Assembly: GCA_044226625.1 (NCBI GenBank)
Contig: JBGAGQ010000007.1
Span: 1-64,000, forward strand
Reading direction: 5' to 3'
Length of the DNA stretch: 64,000 bases
Source: Thermoanaerobaculia bacterium
GTDB taxonomy: Bacteria > Acidobacteriota > Thermoanaerobaculia > Multivoradales > UBA5704
The notes under the pieces were generated by a model. It worked only from the letters and a program-made list of their open reading frames with translations. It was not told the origin of the DNA and did not search any database. A program made the translations under genes and the position numbers. Below, one piece after another: positions 23,901 to 29,804 of this stretch. Numbering within the stretch: the first letter of the stretch is position 1; each line of letters begins with the position of its first letter.

Positions 23901-26274
23901 GGCGAAGGTGAGCCGACCAGTAGGCCGGATCGGTCGCCTCGGCCGCGGTGATCCAAGCGCCCGTTCGATTGGAGACGAAGCGGCGCTCGGGAGCGCGCCG
24001 CGCGGCGTCCGCCACCGCCTTCTCGAACGGTTCGAGAATCGGCTCCATCGCGGCGGTATGGAACGCGTGCGAGGTATGGAGCAGGCGGCTCTCGAGCCCC
24101 TGCGGCAGTTGGCCGGCGATCGCGACGCGGAACCGTTCGACCTCGGCGGCGTCCCCCGCCACCACGACGCTCTCGCGCGCGTTCTCCGCCGCGACCTCGA
24201 GCGACGGAAACTCCGCGGCGAGGCGAGCCGCGACCCACGCCTCGTCGCGCGGCACCGCGAGCATCGCCCCCGCGGGCATCGACTGCATCAAGCGGCCGCG
24301 CAGAGCGACCAGACGGAGGGCGTCTTCGAACGAGAAGACTCCGGCGAGGTGGGCCGCGACGTACTCGCCGACGCTGTGCCCGATCATGCCCGCCGGCTCG
24401 ACTCCCCAGGAGATCCACAGGCGCGCGAGGGCGGTCTCCACCGCGAACAGCGCGACCTGCGTCCATTCCGTGCGCGCGAGGCGCCGTTCGGCCTCGGCCC
24501 GCTCTTCGCCCGTCCTTCCGCGCACGAACAGCACGTCGCGCAGATCGGCCCCGAGGGAGCCCCCTAGGATCTCGGCCGCGCGGTCGATCTCGGCGCGGAA
24601 CACCGGCTCGCGCTCGTAGAGATCCTCGCCCATGCCGAGGTATTGCGCCCCCTGACCGGGAAAGAGGAAATGGACGGGCCGCTCCGAGGCGAGCGCCGTC
24701 GGCGACGAGAAAGCTCCCGCCCCATCGAGGGCCGCGGCGAAGCCGCGCGCGGGATCGACGACCACGGCTCGCCGATGGCCGAACGTCCTCCGGCCGACCG
24801 CCGAGGTATAGGCGACATCGGCGAGCTCCGTTGCGGAGAGTTCGGATCGCGCGGCCCCGTTCGAAGCCAGATGCGCCTCCATCCGCTCGGTCGCCCGCTC
24901 GAGCGCGGCGGAGCTCTTGGCGGAAAGAACCACCACGGGGAACGCCCGCGACGGCCCAGAGGCCGGCGGCGGGGGCGCCTGCTCGAGGATCGCGTGGGCG
25001 TTGGTGCCCCCCATGCCGAACGAGGAGACGGCGGCCCGGCGCGGCTCGCCCGGCGCGACGGGGAACGGCTGAGGCTCGACGTTGACGAAGAAAGGCCCGG
25101 CCGCGAGGTCGATCTCCGGATTCGGCCGCTCGAAATGCAACGTCGGCGGCACCTCTCCCCGCTCGACCGCGAGCACCGCCTTGATCAGACCGGCCACGCC
25201 GGCCGCCGCGTTCAGATGGCCGATATTGCTCTTGACCGAGCCGAGCGCCGTGCTCCCCGGCCGGCCTCGGCCGAAGGTCTCGGCGAGCGCCGCCACCTCG
25301 ATCGGATCGCCCATCTGGGTGGCGGTGCCGTGTCCTTCGACGAATCCGATCGTCTCGGGCTCGACTTCGGCGACCAGTTGCGCGGCGCGGATCGTCTTGG
25401 CCTGGCCGGCGGCGCTCGGCGCCGTGTAGCCCAAGCGCGCGCCGCCGTCGTTCGTCACCGCCGAGCCCTTGATCACGGCGCGGATGCGATCGCCGTCGCG
25501 GATCGCGTCGTCCAGGCGTTTGAGCACGACGACGCCCAGACCGCTGCCGAAGATCGTCCCCGCCCCTTTCTCGTCGAACGAACGGCAGCGGCCGTCGCGC
25601 GAGAGGATGCCGCCCTCCGTCCACTCGTAACCGATCTCCTGCGGGAAGACGATCGACACGCCGCCCGCGAGCGCCGCGTCGCACTCGCCGTTCAGCAGGC
25701 TCTGCGCCGCCACGTGGACGGCGACGAGAGAGGTCGAGCAGGCGCTCTGCACCGCGAAGCTGGGCCCCGACAAGTCGAGCTTCCAGGACACCAGCGTCGG
25801 CAGATGGTCCTTGTCGGCGCCGAACAGTCCGCCGATCGCGCCGAGGTCGACTCCGCTCGGCAGGACGTTGCGGAAGAAGTAGGTGGAGACCGAGCAGCCG
25901 GCGAAGACGCCCACCGGCCGCGGATCGCGCGAGGAATCGAAGCCCGCGTCTTCGAGCGCCGCGTGGCAGGCCTCGAGGAACAGGCGGTGCTGCGGATCGA
26001 GGATCTCGGCCTCGCGCGGAGCGATGTCGAAGAAGCGGGCATCGAACAGGTCGGCGCCACCGATCTCGGCGGCCGCCTTGACCCAGCGTGAACCGTTCAC
26101 CACCGCCGGATCGGCACCACGGGCGATCAGCTCCTCGGCCGAGAGGTCGACGACCGAGGAGACCCCCGCGATCAGGTTCTGCCAGAAGGAGGCGACGTCG
26201 TCGGCTCCCGGAAAACGTCCCGCGAGCCCTACGACCGCCACTTCGAGGCCGGTCCTCGTGCCTTCTCCGCTCAT
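5956..26274 (-). CDS. Hybrid PKS-NRPS megasynthetase (6772 aa): KS-AT-T-C-A-T-C-A-T-C-A-T-ST-C-A-T-C-A-T
   Basis: KS with VQSACSTSL and EGHGTAT; AT with GHSVGE and HAFH (malonyl-type); five C domains (HHxxxDG, one HHSVSDD); five A domains (TSGSTGxPKG); six carrier motifs GG(H/N)S; sulfotransferase motifs PPRSGSTL and IRHPYG. ATGA overlaps on both sides. Confidence 0.97.
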   Translation of the reverse strand: MSGEGTRTGLEVAVVGLAGRFPGADDVASFWQNLIAGVSSVVDLSAEELIARGADPAVVNGSRWVKAAAEIGGADLFDARFFDIAPREAEILDPQHRLFLEACHAALEDAGFDSSRDPRPVGVFAGCSVSTYFFRNVLPSGVDLGAIGGLFGADKDHLPTLVSWKLDLSGPSFAVQSACSTSLVAVHVAAQSLLNGECDAALAGGVSIVFPQEIGYEWTEGGILSRDGRCRSFDEKGAGTIFGSGLGVVVLKRLDDAIRDGDRIRAVIKGSAVTNDGGARLGYTAPSAAGQAKTIRAAQLVAEVEPETIGFVEGHGTATQMGDPIEVAALAETFGRGRPGSTALGSVKSNIGHLNAAAGVAGLIKAVLAVERGEVPPTLHFERPNPEIDLAAGPFFVNVEPQPFPVAPGEPRRAAVSSFGMGGTNAHAILEQAPPPPASGPSRAFPVVVLSAKSSAALERATERMEAHLASNGAARSELSATELADVAYTSAVGRRTFGHRRAVVVDPARGFAAALDGAGAFSSPTALASERPVHFLFPGQGAQYLGMGEDLYEREPVFRAEIDRAAEILGGSLGADLRDVLFVRGRTGEERAEAERRLARTEWTQVALFAVETALARLWISWGVEPAGMIGHSVGEYVAAHLAGVFSFEDALRLVALRGRLMQSMPAGAMLAVPRDEAWVAARLAAEFPSLEVAAENARESVVVAGDAAEVERFRVAIAGQLPQGLESRLLHTSHAFHTAAMEPILEPFEKAVADAARRAPERRFVSNRTGAWITAAEATDPAYWSAHLRHAVRFAAGLETLAAEGDAIYLEVGPGNSLGTLARRREGGLAGVAIASLRHPKEDIADAERLARAVAELWVRGGEIDWRLYYAGERRRKVELPTYPFERQRYFLEPRAASLAVTAIAAAPVGDIAAPRSTGSGISPANVIASHARPALSTAYVAPRTASERRIAAIWGDLFGIAEVGANDNFFDLGGHSLLATRVVSRVREVCRVDLPLDALFGAPTVAALSREVDGLLAGPSPALEAVASRGPAAVGEERPMAFAQERLWLLDRLVPDNSFYTLGSAQRLTQEVDVRALRSALAEVVRRHEPLRASFGEVDGRPRMVVAPEVAVPLPEVRLEGLPQFRRDAEARRLAALELGRSFDLGRSPLARFVLLRLAPRDSALVYSFHHIISDGWSLGVFGRELLAVYPAFAAGLPSPLPPLPIRYSDVAARQRERFARGEGDRHLAFWRARLSGAPITELPVDRPRPASPSHRGVTFRSTLGSDVFAPLAKNARGRGGSPFMALLAAYYALVSRYANQTDLVIGVPIAGRTRADEESLIGFFVNNLVLRADLAGDPSFDEIFDRTKDLVLDAFSHQDVPFERLVEELSPRRDLSRNPLFQLMFNLLPMGEESDGQDRLGGLLALRSGASPFDLQLYLFEAADRVEIGWEYAVDLFEPATVERLSRHYRNVVEAAGKEPSVRLSDLPLLSPAERDETLRVGAGVEVTASAQSVPERFRAQVRQAPERVAVVAGGETLDYATLGSRVQRLAAHLVALGIGGEAGAEAKVGIAVERSAALPVAVLGVLASGASYVPLDPAYPIGRLAYMAEDAGLAALIVEGTQLKETLAAGGVTARVAVELTAGGEIVGRAKGAKVRELPAPSSESLAYTIYTSGSTGKPKGVEVSHGALASFLTAMIDRPGAGADDVWVAVTSLSFDIAALELFAPLLVGARTVLASRETTADGRLLADLLESQEATILQATPSGWRVLLASGWSGDRRLKALVGGEALPPALAAELRSKVGELWNLYGPTETAVWSTAEPVRPGPVSIGRPLPGSRIYAVDPSGETRPRGLVGELWIGGTGVARGYRGRPDLTAERFVPDPFSKEPGARLYRTGDVGRFLADGRLECLGRTDHQVKVRGHRIELGEIESALAEMPGVLASAAAVVGDGEDRRLVGYVVARPGADLGEGAALRESLAAHLGARLPESFIPSTFVRLAELPLTPNGKVDRKALAAIVPQAADQVGAAPSTPTELRLAVLWRELLGHPTFSVESHFFELGGHSLLAMRLLARVREDLGVELPLRRVFEAPRLGALAAAIDGRTETPAAASRDSATELAPEAFMPRARRDRAPLSFAQSRLWLLDRLAPGNPFYNLGGAVRLSGPLDRAALYEAVREIGRRHDTLRTRFEDVGGEPVQVIERNLELRTAEIDLSALASVREEGELTRLARAQFALPFDLEKAPLLRSWLVRFGPREHALVYAMHHIVSDGWSMGLLFGEVARVYGALRRGLTSPLPALPLQYADFAVEQRAWFAGGELERQLAYWRERLAALPASELPTDKPRPSVASHRGRTIQTAIDAERLAPLEALGRARSASTFMVLLAGFQALVARYVGEGDSVLGTPVANRTRSDVEGLIGFFVNTLVLRTSVAGDPAFAEMVGRAKATALGAYAHQDLPFERLVEELSPRRDLSRNPLFQLMFNLVNTPFEGGESGDLSLAPVAVSAETALVDLQLYLRLGADGLSIRWEYATDLFETATIERLARGYATLLAGAAERPETRLFDLPLLSASERAELSALGRGAEGLQDGSEQTVPSLFAAQALRTPEAPAVIDGAATLDYATVLARSNALARRLIALGIEREAKVGIAVERSASLPIAALGVFASGASYVPLDPGYPAERLAYMAADAGLAALIVDAGSSGNALETLAPSIVRLAPGGALEGEGRPEAGGSLSPRTLPAGLAYTIYTSGSTGRPKGVELPHGALANFLAAMIERPGVVPADVWIASTSLSFDIAGLELYAPLLVGARIVIARRDEVADGRLLADLLRTSGATALQATPSGWRVLLASGWTGDGKLKALVGGEALPPALAAELGPKVGELWNMYGPTETAVWSTLDRVDEGPITIGRPIRATTVHVVDGRGNLVPRGVPGELWIGGAGVARGYHGRPDLTAERFLPDPFAEAAGARLYATGDLARFGADGRLEALGRIDHQVKVRGHRIELQEIERVLAEHPGVSAAAATLVGEGEDKRIAAYVVERAGAGLGGGATLREALLDFLRGRLPEPMLPSSFSRLERFPLTPSGKVDRKALPAPDSAVASGSAETPITPPRTPIEELLAGIWQELLGGRPVGVESHFFDLGGHSLLAMRLVSRIREVLGVELPLRRVFEAPELGRLAAAIEQEGMEHILGGSGALLAEVPPLERQPRGASSPLSFAQERLWFLEQLQPGTSAYNVSSSVTLDGDLDVAALRGALDGIVARHEMLRTRFAVEGGKPVQVVEPAMPFPFEQVDLLDLPDEARIERAEAIAYEVAHRPFHLGEAPLARAVLVRMAERSWRMTVAMHHLATDGWSNDVILAEIGTLYPALALGRPSPLPELPVQYADFALWQRGWLQGEALDQQLAWWREKLAGAPPLLELPLDRPRPAVQRFDGSRVRFEVPAALADALRALGRARGTTIFMTLLAAFDALLARVANVEDVVVGTPIAGRTRRELEGLIGFFVNTLALRTDLAGDPSFAELLGRVRGTTLGAYAHQDVPFERIVEDLSPTRSRAHSPIFQVHLVVDAPPSGGVEPLPNLVIRPLVQALEISKFDLTWMAVDGGESQPIHAQLRYNVELFEPATIERLSRRLVLLLERAAAEPERPLSTLDLLLPAERNELLDVFSGSARVASPPSSGRSIAELFLAQAKERPEALAILFEQERTTYGELAQRCERLARHLRGMGVGPEVLVGLFLERSPRLVEAMLATWLAGGAYLPLDPTLPSDRLALMIRDAGVPILLSEASLLDELPEHAAWVIDLDAIEGSLDHAPDDAGSTVVEPDQLAYVIYTSGSTGKPKGVAVTHRGLENLAREQGRMFEVLPGSGPEPRLLQFASSGFDASVSEIAVALANGAALVMAAKASILPGFELYTLLRDKAISNVTLPPSALAALPVDKALPALRSLVVAGEACPVDLAETWCAGRKVVNAYGPTENTVCIAMHAFVPGSGRLPLGAPIPGVDAYVLDARGSLAPIGTPGELAVGGIALARGYLGAPDLTAERFVPHPFGSVPGARLYRTGDLVRWSSHGDLEFLGRIDTQVKVRGFRIELGEIERALLGHGEVLEAVVVARAEGGTEKRLVAYVVPREGSGGPLEAAELRAFLGRTLPEYMIPSAIAILAALPKNASGKVDRRALPDPREAGAAEREIAAPRNALESFLVGLFAETLHVDAVGIDENFFELGGNSIAGAMLVNRLQEELGEIVHVVVMFEAPTVEGLAAYLTEHYPAALARRFGVEAGGSATRVGPIDEAKIARFNALVPVRRPARLAADRKNPAAAFVLSPPRSGSTLFRVMLAGHPLLFAPPELELLPYDDLRERRDDFPGRYNHFLEGAVRAVMELDRSTAEEAEAKLDAWEQEGISMAEVFARLQESAAPRLLVDKTPGYSLHPSILERAEQMFDGARYIHLIRHPYGMIRSFEEAKLDQVFFRAEHDFSRRELAELIWLVSHRNILAFFEGIPAERKHAVVFEELLAEPERVLRGVCSFLGLDYQPEMAAPYQASEQKKSARMTDGLHSWSRMLGDVKFHTHGRVEQSVADRWKTEITEDFLGEPTRDMAETLGFARREVGWVPLGPSGWREGEELPLSYAQERLWFLARLEPESPAYNIPTALRLRGRLSVPALTAALDELVARHAALRTRFGDRDGHPVQIVEPARPVALRRLDLGRIEGEMCEAELSRLALSEALRPFDLVRGPLLRAALVRLAGEDHAVLFAMHHIASDGWSSGILAREVGALYAATLEGRPSGLAPLPVQYADYAVWQRAWLAGPTLQGQLGWWREMLAPASRGGSLPPALELPTDRPRSSVTSKRGATRFYSVPAERLNGLDRLAQEEGATPFLLFLAAFGAVLSRASGQTDFAIGTMVANRTRAQIEGLIGVFMNTLALRLDHSGDPSFRELVRRAKGLTLGAFAHQEVPFEKVVGEIQPDRDLGGSPLFSVMLLLQNAPAGALALPGLTLERVDYEKTTSKLDLTLTLFQGTAGLMAQYEFDVDLFDPATMLRLGARFAELLERVSSEPDRPLSSLPAGTPVEMQQTLVEWNDRPAPYDPRVCLHQMVEAQVDRTPQALAVIALGADGREPVEMTYAELEERSNRLANRLIRFGVRRGDRVAIVAERSLDLIVAILGTQKAGAGYVPLDPSYPAERVAYLFEDSKAAAVVAQARFVGSLPESSHPIVQIDADPELGDESASRPDVGSAPNDLAYVIYTSGSTGKPKGVLIPHRAIANRVGWQLWAHPFAPGERLLQKTPTSFDASVWELFAPLAVGGVLVFAQPDGHRDAAYMARAIADHRVGTLQLVPSMLAAFVEEPDLSRCTDLRRVFAGGEALPTALGRRLAERLDIPLHNLYGPTETAIDVASRPRVAEVAGRTISPIGRPLPNLKLLLLDRERRPVALGQPAELCIGGVNLAWGYLGRPDLTAEKFVPDPIAEAGGNPELGFGPGARLYRTGDLARFLADGEIEYLGRIDSQVKIRGFRIELGEIESRLREHPLVAHAAVVARSVEEGGERRLVAYLVPVPGTDPEDLAPRELKAFLAAELPEHMVPGDFVSLAALPTLPNGKLDLAALPAPSAAGIAALPAVEIAVAKTPVEEILTTIWAQVLGLESVSVTDSFFDLGGHSLLALQVTSRARAAFGVPVKVRTLFEAPTVEQLARRIEAARAAGSEPLPALELAPRDRPLPLSFAQERLWFLDRLLPGSPVYNLPIFLRFVGGLRIPALGGALVEIVRRHEALRTTFVEAGERPAQRIAPAEEAARIARIHLADLAALPEERRRPEAERLADREGRRAFDLSTGPLVRATLVRLAEGDHVGLFNLHHSVSDDWSSGILVRELVALYTAARSGRPNPLPPLSIQYADYAAWQRAWLDGPALEKRLGFWTRALAGAPLALDLPSDRPRPPAQTFRGGNLGWRVAPETESAVRSFARGASASPFMVLFSAFATLLGRLAGVEDVLVGSPVAGRSRPEIEGLIGFFINTLVLRSRPRSGATFAEIVNEARGTLLDAVAEQDLPFEKLVGELNPERDPSRPPIFSVNFSFQNAAMGRLELPGVEIEPWKGGSGTAKTDLALFLSDQGVGMTGAFVYSSDLFDRATIGRFAGHLENLLAAALADPARPLAELPLLAAAERTEIVSNWSHFDGADHAPAAPRTLAGLFEDSAERYGELAAMVAGEREMSYAQLEARANQLAHHLRAFGVGPDVAVGVFCDPSFELGIALLGIAKAGGVYVPLDPQLPLERLTHLIEDAGLAIVLTQEHLQESLPAMPIFAIALDGGGWDLVATQPESRPEPALDEPAALDTLAYLIFTSGSTGTPKGVGVTHRGVANLGTELARLTGLEPGDRLLQFASIGFDASISEIVEAWGAGAALVFAGREQRMPGAGLARLFVEQRITLATLPPSALAALPELPEGVPAALIVAGEACPPDLAERWRQGRRFVDAYGPTETTVCATALLYEGGRLTIGRPIATFATYVVDRGGEAQPLGVPGELLLGGPSLARGYLGRPDLTAERFVPDPFSGEPGARLYRTGDLARWTAVPRDAASHESRELEFLGRIDHQVKIRGYRIELGEIETVLGTQAGVQEAAVIARPAAEGDLRLTAYVVATEARPDPVQLKEILRGKLPEYMVPAIIAVLDDFPRTAAGKVDRRALAAIDPSKIAGERPYVAPQTDVEKVLADIWCEVLDRDRIGIDEDFFDIGGHSLLATKVVARVQKVFRIDLELRDFFAATTIEAAARALIAKEKQPGLTARTAKLLRQIQEMSAEERQTLLAGAPAHEGAEDA
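12570..13430 (-). other. Embedded PAPS-dependent sulfotransferase domain (CurM/OLS-like) between T and C
   Basis: VLSPPRSGSTLFRVMLAGHP..FAPPEL (5'-PSB loop), LLVDKTP, YIHLIRHPYGMIRS (3'-PB), FEELLAEPERVLRGVCSFLGL. Confidence 0.9.
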
Positions 26275-29200
26275 CGCTGCTCCCCATCCGTTGAGCCGGC
26301 CTGACCGGCCGCCTGCCTACGTTCAAGCCGCATCCGCCGGCGGTCCTTGCCCGCTTCGATCACGTCCGCCCGCGCCTCGACCGACGCCACGTCCGAGGCC
26401 GCCCCACCGTCCAGGAAACGCGCGAGCGACGCCACGTCGGGGTGACGGAACAGGTCGATCACCGCGATTTCCCGGCCGAGCCGTTCGGCCAGCCGACCGT
26501 GGGCTCGCACCAGGAGGAGCGAGTGCCCTCCCAGGGCGAAGAACTTGTCGTGACGGCCGACCCTCTCGAGGCCGAGCACCTCGCGCCAGACCTCGGCGAT
26601 CGCCTGTTCGGTCGGCGTCCGCGCCGCCACGTATTCGGCCGACGCCGTCGCCGTCGCGCGCGGCTCGGGCAGAGCCCGGCGATCGATCTTGCCGTTGGGC
26701 GTGAGCGGCAGACGTTCGAGCGCCATCCAGAGCGAGGGCACCATGTACTCGGGCAGCCGGGAACGCAGCAGCTGACCGAGCTCCTCTCCCGAGGGCTCCG
26801 CGGCTCCCGGCGCCGTCACGAAATAGGCGACCAGCCGCTTCGCTCCCGAGGCGTCCGGCCGCGCCACGACGACCGCCTCGCGCACGCCGGGATGGCGCGC
26901 GAGGGCCGCCTCGATCTCGCCCGGCTCGATGCGGAAACCGCGAATCTTCACCTGCGCGTCGGCGCGCGCGACGAACTCCACCTCGCCGTCCAGCCGATAC
27001 CGGCCGAGGTCTCCGGTGCGATACATCCGATCGCTCGCGGCGACCGCCCCCGGCGCCGCCACGAACCGCTGACGGGTGAGCTCCGGGTCGCCCAGGTAGC
27101 CGGCCGACAGATGAGGGCTCCGCACCGCGATCTCGCCCACCTCGCCGAAACCCGCTGGACGCCCCTCGGCGTCGAGCACCAGGAGCTGCACGTCCTTCAT
27201 CCCGCGGCCGAGCGGCAGGATCTCGCGCCGGGCGGCCGCGGGACCGTTCGCCCCGGCGCCGTCGCTCCGCTCCTTCCCATGCTCGACCACGTGATAGGCC
27301 ACGGCGCGCTGGGTTTCGGTCGAGCCGTAGAGGTTGACGCAGGTGAGATTCGGCGCCAACCGTTCGAGCCGGGCCACGTCGAGGCGGGTGAGCGCGTCGC
27401 CGACCAACAGAGCGCGGCGCAGCGAGGGCACCGAGACCGTCGTGCCACGCGACGCCATCAGCTCGGCCGATTCGGCGATCAGCTGTCCCATCGCGGGGGT
27501 GAGGTGGGCGACCGAGACGCCGCGCTCGGCCATCCAGGCGGCCAACCGCCCCGGGGTCGCGATGTCGGAAGGATCGGGCACCGCGATCGTCGCGCCCAGG
27601 CTGAGCGGGGTGAACAGATCGCGCTGCAGCGGATCGTGCGCGAGGCCGGAGAGCAGGCTGAAGACGTCGTCCTCGCCGAGCGCGAGCTCCGCGCACTGCC
27701 AGGGCAGGAAATGCGAGAGCGGTCCGTGCCGGCCGACGATCCCCTTCGGTTGCCCGGTCGAGCCCGAGGTGAACGCGACGAGCGCCGGGTCGTCGGGCCC
27801 CAGCTCGACCGGTGCCAGCGGCGAGCCGGCCACCGCCACCAGGGCGGCCAACGTCGAAGCGGCCCCTCCGACCGGCAGGTCGATTCGGATCGCGTCGGCG
27901 CGCGCGAGCCAGGCTTCGATCTCGGCCGGCAGCGGGCCCGCGGCCTCGAGCCGGATGAATCCGCGCGGGGCGGCCAGATCGAGCATCGCGAGGATCCGCT
28001 CGGCCGGATAGGCCGGATCCAGCATCGCGAACGCGCCTCCCGCTTCGAGCGTGCCGAGGACCGCCGCGGCCAAGGGAGCGCTCCGATGGGCCCAGACCGC
28101 CACCCGTTCTCCGCGCTCGATCCCTCGGCGACCGTCCTCCGGCTGGCGGAGGCGCGAAGCGATCCTCGCGGCGGCTTCGGCCAGCTCGCCGTAGCTCCAG
28201 GCGCCCGCCCGGTCGACCACGGCGAGGCGCTCCGGCCGGCGGTCGGCCTGCCGGCGAAACAGCGAATCGATCGAGCCGTGCCAGGTCGAGTCGAGCGCCT
28301 CTCTCGGATCCGGGAGCACCGCGTCGGCCGCGGCCGTGCGCAGCCGGATCTCGGAGATCGGCCGGTCGGGCGCGGCGAGCGCCTGAACGGTCACGCCCTC
28401 GATTTGCTCGAGGAGGTCGCGCATCCGCTCGGGGCGGAAGAGGTCGGCGTTGTAGACCAGGTGCAGCGAAAGGCCGTCGGGGACTTCCGCGGCGTAGATC
28501 GTGAGGTCGAATTTCGATTCGACCTCCGGCACCGAGATCGGCTCGATCGAGAGCCCCTCGAACCTCACCTCGGCGCGGGGCAGGTTCAACATGTTCAGCA
28601 GGACTTGGAAGATCGGCGTGCGCGACAGGTCGCGCTCGACGTCCAACTCCGAGAGCAGCCGTTCGAACGGCACGTCCTGGTTGGCGTAGGCCGCGAGCGC
28701 GGTGTCGCGCGACCGGCTCACCAGCTCGCGGAAGCTCGGGCGCCCCGAAAGATCGGCGCGCAGGGCGAGGGAATTGAGGAAGAAGCCGATCAACCCTTCG
28801 AGCTCGGGGCGGCCGCGACCCGCGATCGGGCTGCCCACCGCGAAGTCCTCCTGCCCCGACTGACGGCCGAGCACCAGGGAGAAAATCGCGAGCAGCACCA
28901 TGTAGGGGGACGCGCTCATCGTCCGCGCGAATTCCGCGAGCTTCGCGGCGAGCGGTTGCGGCAGGACCTTGAGCTCGCTGCCGCCCCGGAACGTCTGAAT
29001 CGCCGGCCGCGCGAAGTCGGTCGGCAGCTCCAGCGCCGGCACGCTGCCGAGCCGCTTGCGCCAGTACGCGAGCTGCTCCGCGAACGTATCGTTCGCCCCG
29101 AGCCGCTCGCGCTGCCAGACGGCGAAGTCGGCGTACTGGATCGCGAGCTCCGGCAAGGGGGCGAAGGCGCCGCCGCGCGCCGCGGCCATCCGCGGATAGA

Positions 29201-29804
29201 GGGCCGACAGCTCGCCGATCAGAACTCCCATCGACCAGCCGTCGGTGACGATGTGATGGACGTTCAGGAGCAGGGCATGCTCCTCGGGGCCGCGACGGAT
29301 CAGGATGATCGAGAGGAGCGGACCGCGCGAGAGGTCGAAGGAGCGCTTCGTGTCCTCGGCGGCGAGCCGGCGCAGCTCCCCGTCCCAGCGCTCCGAGGAA
29401 AGACCGCCGAGGTCGACGAGCGGTTGGGCGAGCGTCCGCTCTCCCGGGGGGTCGATCACCTGACGGGGGACGCCGCCTCGCTCGACGAAGCGGGTCCGCA
29501 GCGACTCATGCCGGCGCGCGATCTCCGTGAAGCAGCGGGCGAGCACGGTGCGATCGAGAAGACCGCGGAGCCGTACCGAGACCGGAATGTCGAGCGTCGA
29601 GGTGCCGGGCGACATCCGGTCGATGACCCAGAGGCGCTCCTGCGACCACGACAGCGGGGCCTCCAGGGCGAGGTCGGCGGCACGCCGAGGGATCGCCGTG
29701 CTCTCGGCCAGCTCCACCCCCTCCTCGGCGAGCAGGAGGGCGAGCAACTCCCGGTCCTCCGGCGAAAGCCCGGCGGCGTTGCCCAATTCGTCGATGCTGC
29801 TCAT
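26271..29804 (-). CDS. Single-module NRPS C-A-T with a Lys2/aminoadipate-reductase-like A domain
   Basis: Start set at ATG 29804 (AAGGAG upstream). C motif HHIVTDG; A motifs SGLAHDPLQRDLFTPL, HLTPAMGQL, NLYGSTETQRAV; T motif FFALGGHSL. Confidence 0.93.
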   Translation of the reverse strand: MSSIDELGNAAGLSPEDRELLALLLAEEGVELAESTAIPRRAADLALEAPLSWSQERLWVIDRMSPGTSTLDIPVSVRLRGLLDRTVLARCFTEIARRHESLRTRFVERGGVPRQVIDPPGERTLAQPLVDLGGLSSERWDGELRRLAAEDTKRSFDLSRGPLLSIILIRRGPEEHALLLNVHHIVTDGWSMGVLIGELSALYPRMAAARGGAFAPLPELAIQYADFAVWQRERLGANDTFAEQLAYWRKRLGSVPALELPTDFARPAIQTFRGGSELKVLPQPLAAKLAEFARTMSASPYMVLLAIFSLVLGRQSGQEDFAVGSPIAGRGRPELEGLIGFFLNSLALRADLSGRPSFRELVSRSRDTALAAYANQDVPFERLLSELDVERDLSRTPIFQVLLNMLNLPRAEVRFEGLSIEPISVPEVESKFDLTIYAAEVPDGLSLHLVYNADLFRPERMRDLLEQIEGVTVQALAAPDRPISEIRLRTAAADAVLPDPREALDSTWHGSIDSLFRRQADRRPERLAVVDRAGAWSYGELAEAAARIASRLRQPEDGRRGIERGERVAVWAHRSAPLAAAVLGTLEAGGAFAMLDPAYPAERILAMLDLAAPRGFIRLEAAGPLPAEIEAWLARADAIRIDLPVGGAASTLAALVAVAGSPLAPVELGPDDPALVAFTSGSTGQPKGIVGRHGPLSHFLPWQCAELALGEDDVFSLLSGLAHDPLQRDLFTPLSLGATIAVPDPSDIATPGRLAAWMAERGVSVAHLTPAMGQLIAESAELMASRGTTVSVPSLRRALLVGDALTRLDVARLERLAPNLTCVNLYGSTETQRAVAYHVVEHGKERSDGAGANGPAAARREILPLGRGMKDVQLLVLDAEGRPAGFGEVGEIAVRSPHLSAGYLGDPELTRQRFVAAPGAVAASDRMYRTGDLGRYRLDGEVEFVARADAQVKIRGFRIEPGEIEAALARHPGVREAVVVARPDASGAKRLVAYFVTAPGAAEPSGEELGQLLRSRLPEYMVPSLWMALERLPLTPNGKIDRRALPEPRATATASAEYVAARTPTEQAIAEVWREVLGLERVGRHDKFFALGGHSLLLVRAHGRLAERLGREIAVIDLFRHPDVASLARFLDGGAASDVASVEARADVIEAGKDRRRMRLERRQAAGQAGSTDGEQR

